64,000 bases of DNA. Source: Mytilus californianus. Lineage: Eukaryota. How positions within the stretch are numbered: the first letter of the stretch is position 1; each line of letters begins with the position of its first letter. The notes below the pieces were generated by a model. The model searched no databases and was not told the origin of the DNA. It was given only the letters and a program-made list of their open reading frames with translations. Positions 37,501-49,400 of this stretch are shown here, in pieces. A program made the position numbers and the translations under genes. The stretch lies in the NCBI RefSeq assembly GCF_021869535.1, contig NW_026262690.1, forward strand, positions 125,488,001 through 125,552,000, written 5' to 3'.

Positions 37501-40167
37501 ATTTAAAGGAGAAACAATTCTCGAAATATACTTCGAAATAACTCAGTCCAAATTTACATTACTAGGAACAGGATTTGCAGTATATGCAGAATTCCTAGCC
37601 ATGTTTAAACGCCATCAACGTGATATCAGCAGTGAGGATGAAATAAAAGACGCATTCCGAGTATTTGACAAAGAAGGGAATGGTTATATCAGTGCGGCAG
37701 AGCTCCGACATGTTCTCACTAACCTCGGAGAGAGGCTGCGAGATGAGGAGGTTGACGAGATGATACGAGAGGCAGATCTGACGGGAGACGGACAAATCAA
37801 TTATGAAGGTAAGACAAGTAGAGTCGTAGAGGACAGACAATGTTTAGATAAGACATGGGAAAACAAGTTATATTTGATAATACCTAGTCAAGAACATAGT
37901 CAGTGGTTGTCTTTTGTCAAAAAACGTCATATTTTGATATTTTTGTTATTTGTAGAATAAGGAGTTTATGGAAGATCTTGGAATTATTCACAATTGTAAG
38001 ACCCTGGAAAGTTTAGATCTTTACATATCGTAGAATCACCTATGCCTATTGTTGAAGACAGTGCGTTTGCCCCAGGCCCTAGATTTATTAAGGTTACTTT
38101 CATTCTAAACGGCTGTTGTCTAATTTATTGATTTCGCATGTTATAAAAATAAGAAGATGTGGTATGATTGCCAATGATACAACTCTCCATAAGAGACAAA
38201 ATAACACAGAAATTAACAACTATAGGTCATCATACTACGGCCTTCAACAATGAGCAAAACCCATACCGCATAGTCAGCTATAAAAGGCCCCGAAATGACA
38301 AATGTAAAACAATTCAAACCGAGAAAACTAACGGCCTAATATATGTACAAAATAATGAACGCAAACCAATTCCCAACAGTGAACAAGGATCGTAGGATAG
38401 ATTGAACAGCTATACAATATTAACGAAAGGAATCAACTCAAGAAATCAACAAAACACTTGAAAAAATAAAATTCTCATCTTAGGACCATACAATGCCGAG
38501 ACAGCTGAAAGTTGAACAAGGGGAAATACACAATACACATAAACTAACAGCACTGAAAACAAGACAGCTGTACAAATAAAATCAAATAAAGACAGTCCTA
38601 AAACAACACTTAAAACAAGACAGCTGCACACACAATAAAAAAACAAGTCAGCTGTACAAATCACATTAAAATAAGACAAAAAACAGTGAAAACAAGACAG
38701 CCCTACAAGCAACACTGAGAACAAGACCGTTGTACAAACAACATCAAACCAAGACAGTCCAACAAACAACACTTAAAACAAGACAGCTGCACACACAATA
38801 TCAAAACAAGTCAGCTGTACAAATCACATCAAAACAAAGCAGACCCTCAAATAACACGCCACCTGTACAAACATCAAAATAAGACAGCCCTGCAAAAAAC
38901 AATGAAAAAAAGACAGCCCTACAAGAAACACTGAGAACAAGACAGCTGTACAAACAACATCAAATCAAGACAGTCCTACAAACAACACTTAAAACAAGAC
39001 AGCTGCACACACAATATCAAAACAAATCAGCTGTACAAATCACATCAAAACAAAGCAGCCCCTCAAATAACACGCCACCTGTACAAACCACATCAAAATA
39101 AGACAGCCCTGCAAAAAACAATGAAATCAAGACAGCCCTACAAGAAACACTGAGAACAAGACAGCTGTATAAACAACATCAAACCAAGACAGTCCTACAT
39201 ACAACACTTAAAACAAGACAGCTGCACACACAATATGACAGCTTTACAAACAACATCAAAACAAATCAGCCCCTCAAATAACATTGAAAACATGCCACAT
39301 GTACAAACAACATCAAGATAAGACATTCCTGCAAACAACAATGAAAACAAGACAGCCCTACAAGCAACACTGAGAACAAGACAGCTATATAAACAACATC
39401 AAAACAAAGCAGCCCCTCAAATAACATGCCACCTGTACAAACGACATCAAAAAGCCCTGCAAACAACACGGAGAACAAGACAGCTGCACAAACAATATCA
39501 AAACAAGACAGCTATACAAACAACATCATACCAAAACAGCCTTTCAAATAATACTGAAAACAAGACAGCTGCACAAAAAAACAGCCCTTCATATAACACC
39601 GAAAACAATTTAAAACAGCTGCGCAAACATCAAAACAAGGCAGCCCTACAAACAACACTGAAAACAAAACAGCTGCACACACACCATCTAAACAAGACAG
39701 TCATACAAACAACACCAGAAACAAGCCTGCTGCACAAAAAACATCCAATCAAGACAAATAGCATCATATGAATAGGACTTGTAAGGTAAAACACAGCCAG
39801 CAAAACAAAAAAGAAGAGTGTTTTGCAATATCTCTATACAAGGCATCAGATTTATTGTTCCAATTTCGACTGCAGGAAAAAAAAATATTAGGCATTCTGC
39901 ATATAATTGATAAAAAGTTATAGATGTTTAAATGGAGACATTTCTCAGAGGGAACAGCGTTCATCAACAAAACACAGGACAGAGTAGAATAGAGAAAATA
40001 GTTGTCAATATTATTCACATCTTGTTTTCTTAACGAACTGAGAAATTATTAGGACACCTAAATTGAATTTTCCTGCAAACAATTTCTCCTTATACAACTG
40101 AAAACAGTATGGAATGATTGTTATAATTTATTTTTCAGAGTTTGCCCATGTCCTTGTGGGAAAATGA
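34588..40167 (+). CDS. Calmodulin-like EF-hand protein, 149 aa, divergent N-lobe
   Basis: Exons 34588-34590 (ATG|gtatgt), 36519-36549 (31 nt), 36911-37054 (144 nt), 37566-37808 (243 nt), 40139-40167 (29 nt) total 450 nt. Exon sizes match the calmodulin gene structure (3/31/144/107+136/29). Protein: [149 protein letters not shown]. Likely 5'UTR exons end at 34047 (ACAG|gtaagg) and span 34560-34590. Confidence 0.92.
36020..36061 (-). ncRNA. Minimal type I hammerhead ribozyme motif (Penelope-like/retrozyme type), probably inactivated by one core mutation
   Basis: Minus strand reads GCGTTC-CTGATGA-AGGTAAATCCA-GATA-AGCGCTTC-GGACGC. Features: stem I GCGTTC/GGACGC, CUGAUGA box, short stem II, GAUA in place of GAAA, palindromic helix III AAGCGCTT, UUC cleavage triplet. 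Confidence 0.65.
38150..38370 (+). mobile_element. Abundant interspersed repeat (AAGAAGATGTGGTATGATTGCCAATGA... family)
   Basis: Related copies at ~57860-58190 (+) and ~54100-54350 (-). Confidence 0.7.
38555..39755. repeat. Degenerate A/C-rich minisatellite with ~218-bp higher-order periodicity
   Basis: Subunits like AAAACAAGACAGCTGTACAAACAACATC; landmark CCCTACAAG at ~38701, 38918, 39136, 39356. Confidence 0.85.
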
Positions 40168-40960
40168 GAAGTACATACAATAATAGCAGGAAATCATTGT
40201 CCCAGAGCAGGAAGAAATCAGCTCAAGACAAAAAAAAAAGACAAATAATATTCCAGTGCAATATTTTACATTGTTGTCATTTAATTTATTACACATTTAA
40301 TTTTGTATATATTTTAAATGTTATTTAAAATATCTCAGTACCTTATAAGTTTCTTTTATTTTGGTATTTTTTTATGACAGAACCGGTTCAGTAATGGTTA
40401 TTCATCATGGTAAATTCATTATTTTGTAAGTTCTGATTGTTCCAGACATCATTTAGTTGATTTTCTGAATTTGTTGTTTCAAATTCTCAAGGATTGTTGG
40501 TAATTTCAATGTTGTACACAAGAAGAAAATAAAACCTTATGTGATTGGTTAGACATCAATTGTTTAGGAAGTTGTTAACCAATCAAAACATTGGTGTATA
40601 ATTGTGTGAACACGATCCTCATCTCTGCTGAATTAATAATAGCGTTGTCTAAACTATGTGGAATTTAGAAAAGAGAGGCGAAAGATACCAAAGGGACATT
40701 CAAACTCATAAGTCGAAAAATAAACAACGCCATGGCTAAAAAGAAAAAGACTTGTTTAAGAAGCACTTGTCCATCAGTATATGTTAACCACTATTGATCT
40801 TATTTTGATAAACTGCTGTTTTATTTTGGTAGATTGACATTTACCCTAATTCTCCTGTCATCCACATATATACAATTTACTATAGCTATGACTGGCATGA
40901 AAAAAAAATCTAGGTAAATGTGGTGTCAAATCTTAAAAGACCTGCAAAGTATATGAAAAT

Positions 40961-41527
40961 AAATGGAGAATGTGTCTATGGGCCACAGATGCCCCCGCTT
41001 GTAAATATGCATGAGTCAACTTCCACATACAGATGCAGGATTCACGTAATTAAAGACCGTTTTGAGATTATAAGCATTGTGTATAAGTTTCATAACATTT
41101 GGGTTGAGGCAAACTAAAGTAAGAGAACGGAAACGAAAAATTAAGCAATTTTTATGTTTATAAAGGGGCATAACTCATGAACAGTAAAAGTGACGCCACC
41201 CAATTTCAATCTTGATCTGTGTTTTGCGGTAATAAGCAATGTGTACAAGTTTTATAACATTTGGTTGAGGCAAACTAAAGTAAAAGAACGGAAACGAAAA
41301 TTCAGCAATTTTCATGTTTGTCAGGGGGCATAACTCATGAACGGTAAAAGTGACGCCACCCAATTTCGATCTTGATCTGTGTTTTGCAGTAATAAGCAAT
41401 GTGTATACGTTTTATAACATTTGGTTGAGGCAAATTAAAGTTAGAGAATGGAAACCAATTTTAGGGACATATGGGACGGACGGACAAGGGTAACACTTAA
41501 TGCCCCTGATATGGCGGGGGCATAAAA
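40961..41527 (+). mobile_element. HINE/pearl-like element with ~160-bp tandem cores (~3 copies)
   Basis: ATAACATTTG(G)GTTGAGGCAAA recurs at 41092, 41254, 41413. GGAC microsatellite, 3' hairpin ATGCCCC...GGGGCAT, then A-run. Confidence 0.75.
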
Positions 41528-42898
41528 ATGTCTTCAAGACAAATTCAGGTTCTTCGGGAGGACAAATATTTGGTACCTACATGTATGCATCTATACTACA
41601 TCCTATATTTGCAAAATTAGTACTTAGAGCTTAATTAAAAGTGAGGATATGATGAGCAGGATAACACATCCATTCTTGTAGTAAGCATTGATTTCTACAA
41701 GACTTTGTAGTTTCATTTAACCTGTAAATATGTTTTTGTTAAATGTGTTATTAACATGATAGGGTGAAGTGTTTTTCTGAACTGGTTTTTATAGAGTGTT
41801 CTCTCTAAATTTCTTCATAACAGTAGAAAGGTTGAATACTCCATTAGTCAGTTAACCTTGTCACATGTTTTAATGTGTCAGTAGTTTGTTTTGTATGCTG
41901 TTGTATTTGGTGTTGATGATAGATCTTTTGAAGATTCTGTTAAATCTGAATCTGAACACAACTTGTTAAATCTCTCCACAATTTTAGAGTTTGAAATTAT
42001 CTATTGTTGAAGACCTTAGATAAACCTTTAAATTGCTTTTTGTTTAACTGGTTGTTTCGTTTCTATTTCATTGAACTTATACCGATTATCAGCATTTATT
42101 CAGATGGTTTTCCATCTTTTAAGTTCTTTTTTTGATGCAAATAATCATTTACAAATTAAATGTTTTCAAATTGTTTATTTCCATTTAAATGGTATACTAC
42201 CTGATTATCTATGACTAGAAAAAGTTATTCAAATCTAAACCAAAATGAAAATACATAACAAATAGGAAACAATTTGCTTCCGTAAAAACAAAATAACAAA
42301 TATGTATAAAGTTGCTTTTTACAAAATTACCTCCCAAAGTCACACGTCATAATATGGAATAATAAATTTGTCATTCTAAGTTAAAAATCTTTGCATTTGT
42401 TTAAAACTGACTGAAATTATTGATGTCTTATTTTACATAAGCGGCCACTCACTTTCTATTAAGGGGTCAGTTCTATCTAATTTGGCAGAGATGCTATTTA
42501 AAGATTGATAAGGAACCATGTTTTCTGTTGAGTAAGATTCTGTAACAATCTACTCTGGATCATGTGTTTTAGTGGATCAGGGAAAAGTGGTATTTTTGTG
42601 GATATTCAAATTTATGGTTTTAACAAATTCTGTCTACATTACAGAATAATTGTATCTTGATGACTATTTTAATTCATTGTTCACCTATACTCCAAAATCC
42701 ATGAAAGTTAGTACCCCATGAAACATGACGATTCCACCATAAAAAATTGTAAAATATAAATTTCAACTGTCAACCACACAGTCAAATGTAATGCCCAATT
42801 TAGTAAGGGTTTTACTGTCAGAAAGGTAGAAGTCTTGGGATGACCATATTTCTATACCCCGTCTACCCTTGGGGTAAATATGGTTTTCTCTTGCAGAA

Positions 42899-43110
42899 TA
42901 CTGTGGATTCATTTATTTTCGTGGGTACCAATTTTCGTGGATTGAGAAAAACTTGCATTTTCGTGGATATTGGATTTCGTGGTTTTCCCAAAGTCTACAG
43001 TTAATCACACAGCAAATTTGCAATTCGTTGAACATTTAAATTCGTGGTTTCCCTGTACCCACGAAATCCACGAAAATTGGTATCCAACGAATAATAATGA
43101 ATCCACAGTA
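42899..43110. mobile_element. TA-flanked MITE; many decayed relatives in the window
   Basis: Perfect TIR TACTGTGGATTCATT / AATGAATCCACAGTA. Decayed relatives at ~16470, ~17880, ~20790-20975, ~42590 and ~58730. Confidence 0.75.
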
Positions 43111-43449
43111 ATAAAAAAAACTTGTACATAATGACTAAGACCTCTAATAAGGAATTTTAACTGTAAATTTGCAATATGGATGGAGATCATTACTCATCTT
43201 TGATTATGTCAGATCTAAATACCGATTTACTTTTAAAGTTATGATCTACATATACATAGGTTTCAATTTATGTTCTTAAATTGCACATTTGCACAAAGGA
43301 TTACTATAAGCCTTTAAGTTTTCAAGATTCTTGAGAAAATTACTCTGCTTTCAAATGTCTTATAACCTTTCCAAAAAATATGGAAGGAATATAGATATAT
43401 GTGCAAGGACCACTGGTCAAGCATTTTTTTCTTATCAATACAGAACTAT

Positions 43450-46400
43450 TCAAATGTAGACACCTCCTGGTTTCGACAAAGCCTCCATCATCATGACCTC
43501 TGATTCTCTATGACTGACACTATGAACTGCCATATGGATCTTGATCAACATCTCAGGTAATAAAACTTTCATCACATATTCCAAATACTGAAATATACGT
43601 CAGAAATATTTACAAAGGTAACATAAAATTAAACTTCTATTTTTATATGACTCTTGAAGATGTGTTTTCATTTAATCAAAGAATTTTACACATAATCAAA
43701 AATAGATGCATTCAACTTATCTATCAAACAAATGTAATTTATAAAATTGATCAAACTTGATATAGAGAAAAACTATTCTAGACTCTTATGTTGCCCTTGA
43801 GATGTTGTTTAATTATGTTGGTCCTTGGGTTGCTATCTCAATGAAATATACCCTACATCTCCTCTCATACAGACAGTGCACTTTTTGTGATATCAAAGGG
43901 CTGTTAATGATAAATATGTCAAAAATGATAATATAACTTTCGTCATAGACCTTCAATACCAGCCCCCCTCCCGTGTTCAATACTTGCCTTTTCTTTTTCA
44001 ATGCTTTAATTTCATACCTTATGATGTTTCTTACAAAAAATGGACATTAATGTTTCCATGACGATATCTTGTTGTTCTTCTGTAAACAATCCCAAGTGCA
44101 CTTGATGGTTTAGCAACTCTATAAATACATAAAATAATAAAATAATAATAAATAACCATATTGTTAAAAATTGTTTCATTGATTTTTTAAAATGTAGATG
44201 ATGATGATGATGGTTGGCTGTTTAACATCCAGAACTAAATTAAATGCATATTAGGGAAAGGATTATGTTGATCAGATAAGAATCTCATCTCTGCTTTGTA
44301 CTAGACTAACATGCTTAGCCAGATTTTTAACATGCTAGTTCACAAGGTAACAGGCCTCAGGAAGACATGTCACCCTGCTCACACTCTATTCTGACTCCAA
44401 CCTGACTAGTCTTTGCCCTTCATCTTTATGCTGTGTGCTTAGCAGAGACGTAGCAAAATAACAATTTGAGTCTTCGCTTTGACCTTGGAGGGGCACTTCC
44501 TATAAACAAGGTGACAGGACTTGCCGCTGGAATAGGTCATATTTTCCAGCTTGAAAATATGTGAATAGGTGGGGAAAACTATCAGAAATATATGATACGG
44601 TCAGTAAAGTTCCCATTACTTGTTATATGAAAAGCCCTGTAATTTTTTCACAGCCGAAAGTCTAGCCGTAAGTAAGCATTGCATAAGGAATCTCAGCCTT
44701 AAATCTATGCTCAGAGCAAATGTGATATATTTTCTCAATTATGCCTGAATGTGATTCTCGTCTGCTCTTGGACTCATAATTAAAAATGATCATGTATCAA
44801 TATATGAAAAGGTATACATTTTTAAAATCTAAATTATATGAAAAGGGTGGGGTGACAGAACCCCTGTGGAAACCCCTATCAATTAAGTATTGAAGTCCCC
44901 CTCTCCTAGGGTTTGACCCAACAGAGGTTCAAACCATGACCTCCCACAAGACCACTGAGATGGTTTTAAACATAGGTCTTCCCAAAAGGTCTTTATAAAA
45001 GTGTGAACTTGAATATAATTGATCAAACCTTTAACCAGAAATTTTTCATTGAAAAAAAGGTCAAATGTATGGATTTCAAAAACTCATCTAAAATTCATCT
45101 ATATGTCATATCTAAATGCTGGTTTATTCTTTTAAATAGTATCTGATGATTTAACTATCAAATACATAATTGGCAAGAATTATTTTTTGTTGTGTTGCAT
45201 ACATACTTCTTGATCTTCCTCCTTTCTTATAATCAAGATGGCGCCATGACTCAGTCTGAAATACAAAAAAAGATGTAATCATTACAGTAAATTCTTTCAT
45301 TCTTTTTTTTTAAATTTAAAAATAGTTCACTATGATAATAAGGAACACTTCATAAGATGTTTTACCCATCACATACAAATACTAAGTCCTGTATAACAAC
45401 ACAAAGGAAAGCATCTCCTCTATTGAATGATGTGGCTGAATATTTCACCATGACATCTCTGTTTAAAAATGTTCAAATAAGCAAAGTGTTTTTAGTATCA
45501 ACAAGCACAAATTCTGATATAACATAGAAGATATGCAAGAAATAATTCCTAGCTTGTAATAACTAGTGCATGTCAGTTTGCATTAAAATGTCAAGACATT
45601 TGGTTGTGTGGTTTTGTCTAAAAACTTATAAAACTTGAATTATTTCCAAACATCATATACATTACTCTGATATGACAACTAAAATCGATGAAAATCAATC
45701 TTCGCAACTGACTGTCTCAAAATTATATCAATGTGGAAAATGATTAATCATTTGGAAACATCAATTTGAAAAGAAAAGAACCATGTTCTTAACTATGGAA
45801 ATGACAAATATTTTATGAAATCATACTTGTTTTTGCATCTAGTAGTCCACTGCATCGTTTAAAACATTACAATTGTTATGTATTTATTCATTATTGAGAA
45901 AACACAAAATTAAACTTATCACCTGATTTGTACTTAAATTAGCAACATGACTGGTGCCACCTGTGGAGCAGGAACTGCTTACCTTCCAGAGCACCTGAGA
46001 TCACCCCCCCCTTGTTTTTAGTGGGGTTCAAGCTGCTCAGTCATGTTTTCTATGTTGTGTTCTGTGTACTGTTGTTTGTCTTTTTGTCGTTTTTTTGCCA
46101 TGGCACTGTCAGTTTGTTTTCGACTTAATAGGTTTGACTATCCCTTTGGTATTTTTTCCCTCTCTGAATGAACAACAATCTTATTCCACTTGGAATTATT
46201 TCCTTTGCTCAGTAAATTGTGTTAAAATTTCAAGAAAATTTATGATGGTCCTTTAAGGTTGATGTGGACCCTTTGGCTAAAATGGCTGTGTTTAAGCCCC
46301 AATTTTACTCTGAGTACAGACAAACCTGTGTATCTGGAAAAGGTTTAAGGCAAAGCATGCCCTAGATAAATAAAATGCATATGCATTCGATGTTTTAGAA

Positions 46401-49400
46401 AACTAAAAACTTAACTGGATTTTGCAATGCACTTTTTTTCATTTCTACAGAAGGTGCCAAAATAAACTAAGTTGGGAAAGAGGTTTGAGAACTTCCCCAT
46501 AGGTAATAATTGATGTGAACTGTATTGATTGACATGGACAATAGAGGGACAATAGATACCTGACAATAATTGGTGATTTAAACTGTGTCACTGAGTGGAT
46601 CATATCAAATTAAACTCAGGTGTTTGTTAATTTTATCATCTTCTACAGGGAGGAAAAAAAGTGCACAGCAAAATCAAGTTAAGTTTTTAATTTTCTTCAA
46701 CATAAAATGCATTTAAAATTTTAATTATTTAGGGCATGCTATGCCTAAAAACTTTTCCAGATAGACAGCTTTGTCTGTCCTCAGAGTAAATTTTGAGGTG
46801 AAAATGCAGCCATTTTAGCCATATGGTCCACATGAATCTTAAAGAACAACATATTACAAAGGGCTGAAAAATTAACTGATGGCAGAAACAGCAAGGGAGA
46901 AAGCAAACATTCAAAGATGTAAGTTGGGAGACATGAAGAATCAGCAATATAAAAATAGAAAAACCTATCATACCCATCCAATGAAAATTGAACTTAAAAG
47001 ATTGATTCATTAAGGTGTAATACCACCATTGATTTTCCCCTATTAGTCTTTGTTAAATTTGCACTTTTCAAAAAATTGTGTTGAATTTATCTTTGTTTCA
47101 AATAAAGAAATACTTGGCATGAGTAAAGATTTATCCTGTCCAGTACTATAGAAAAAATTTCACATAACATTTCATTGCATATAAGAAAATAACCGTCACT
47201 GGAAGTTAACCAATCAAATTTCCCCCCTTTTTTAACCTGTGTACAAGCTTTAGTAACCATGTAACCTCAAGTTTCCAAAATATTCTATAGAAACCCCAAA
47301 TAAAGAAATAATGGTGCTTTGAAATACCCAAGATATATGTTTATGACTCAGAAATGTTTTACTGCAATGAAATGTAGGATCAATTACCTGCAACTGTCAA
47401 ATTCAAGGGAATATTTTTTTTCGACCTATTTTCGTATGCAACCGGATGTGACGTACTATGATTTGGTGGTATTACACCTAAAGAAGACTTTTTTGTTAAA
47501 TAAACTGAATGTGACTTTTTTCCTTTGTAATACTGGTTATTTCAAGCATTCCTGTCAAGTTTTGTCATAATCAGTTCAATAGTTTGAGAAAAATCTAGTA
47601 TAATGTAAGACGACATCTACAGCGATTCGAGCAAAATTTCTTCGAAAAATCCAAACCAAGCCGCATCATGATAGAATATAGTGTGGACCAATAAATGATC
47701 AAATATTTATCTCATCTGCCTACAAACAGTTGAATATGATACAAAAGATGACTTTAGGATGATAAATACTACTAATGGACCTCTTTTGTCTTCTTTATAA
47801 GGTCTCTTTTGGTCCATTTATACCTCTCATTTCCTCAAAATTTCTACTTTTTAGGCCAATAAATAAAAATTTTGGGGTAACTTTCACTCATTTATGATAG
47901 AAATGTTATTATAAATGATTAATTGAAGTATTCAAGCTGAATGAACTATCCGTATAAAAGTTTACTGTCTCCAAGGAGGTTTCAATAAGTCCTTACGTAA
48001 AAATTAAATTTACGCCGCGTTCCAGAGAGGGACATAAAAAACTTTTTTTTTGGTGAATAATTTGTTGTTACTGCTTTAAAAATAATTTCATTTACTTAAA
48101 ACTATATATTTATTAAAGTATTTCTTAGGAAAAATTTTCTAGTACAGCAGAATATAAGAAATAAGGAGAAAAAGCTCCCCAAAACTCTAAGTATGGCTTG
48201 TTCTGTCAACTAATATTCATGGTAAAGTCCTATTTGAAGGAAATTTTCTCATAAAATGTATTTTGGAGACTCAATCCACTCAGAATATTTCATTATTTGT
48301 AATATTTCACTTAAATAGCAAGAAATTTTAACACATGAGAGTACTCACAAGGTCAAAGGTGCATGTACAGCTTCCCATATTAGGTGTAATACCACCATTG
48401 ATTTTCCCCTATTAGTCTTTGTTAAATTTGCACTTTTCAAAAAATTGTGTTGAATTTATCTTTGTTTCAAATAAAGAAATACTTGGCATGAGTAAAGATT
48501 TATCCTGTCCAGTACTATAGAAAAAATTTCACATAACATTTCATTGCATATAAGAAAATAACCGTCACTGGAAGTTAACCAATCAAATTTCCCCCCTTTT
48601 TTAACCTGTGTACAAGCTTTAGTAACCATGTAACCTCAAGTTTCCAAAATATTCTATAGAAACCCCAAATAAAGAAATAATGGTGCTTTGAAATACCCAA
48701 GATATATGTTTATGACTCAGAAATGTTTTACTGCAATGAAATGTAGGATCAATTACCTGCAACTGTCAAATTCAAGGGAATATTTTTTTTCGACCTATTT
48801 TCGTATGCAACCGGATGTGACGTACTATGATTTGGTGGTATTACACCTTAATGACTTCTAAAATTTTGTTATTATTTGTGTGTATACTTACATTTCCCTG
48901 AAAGATGGACTTTAGATACATCTTATTCTTCAGTACCAAATACTTTAACTGGTCTTCTGTTAAATTACACACGGTTCTACAATACAAGGAGTTTAAAATA
49001 TTACTCTGGTTGTCTTTACAGCAGAAGTCATATTACCTATTTCTACAAATTTTGTGATCCTTGTCATCTATCTGACTGATTGAATTTGTAATGACCATAG
49101 ATATCTGTGCAATTGTTAATCATTATCTGTCCTAAATTATCTGAGATCAACAACAAAATTAACAGCAGTAATTAATGTCAAATACAGTAGTTAAAATGGA
49201 CTGAAGAAAAAAACTGTTGGTTACTGTTGAATATATAGACAGTTTTTCTTAGCATTTACCAAAAACAGTAAATGTCTGTAAAAATTTAATCATTGGCATA
49301 TTTCAAACAATGGTATCTTATCTTAACTTTACTATCAGAGTTCCCAAAGGTGCTATTTGGTTCACTTGACATTTGGGTTTTAAAAGTAATCATCATTATT

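Noticed and set aside
37445-37960. 171-aa ORF as a stand-alone protein
   Set aside because: It is the 243-nt calmodulin exon plus intronic read-through on both sides; canonical splice sites lie at 37566 and 37808.
38446-39478. Hydrophobic Cys/Val/Leu-rich minus-strand ORFs
   Set aside because: They are translations of the TG-rich strand of a minisatellite, with no splice or homology support.
49037-49104. Candidate extra exon in gene 3 (ISMVITNSISQIDDKDHKICRN)
   Set aside because: It requires a phase-0 entry, while the upstream exon ends in phase 2; the model is complete without it.
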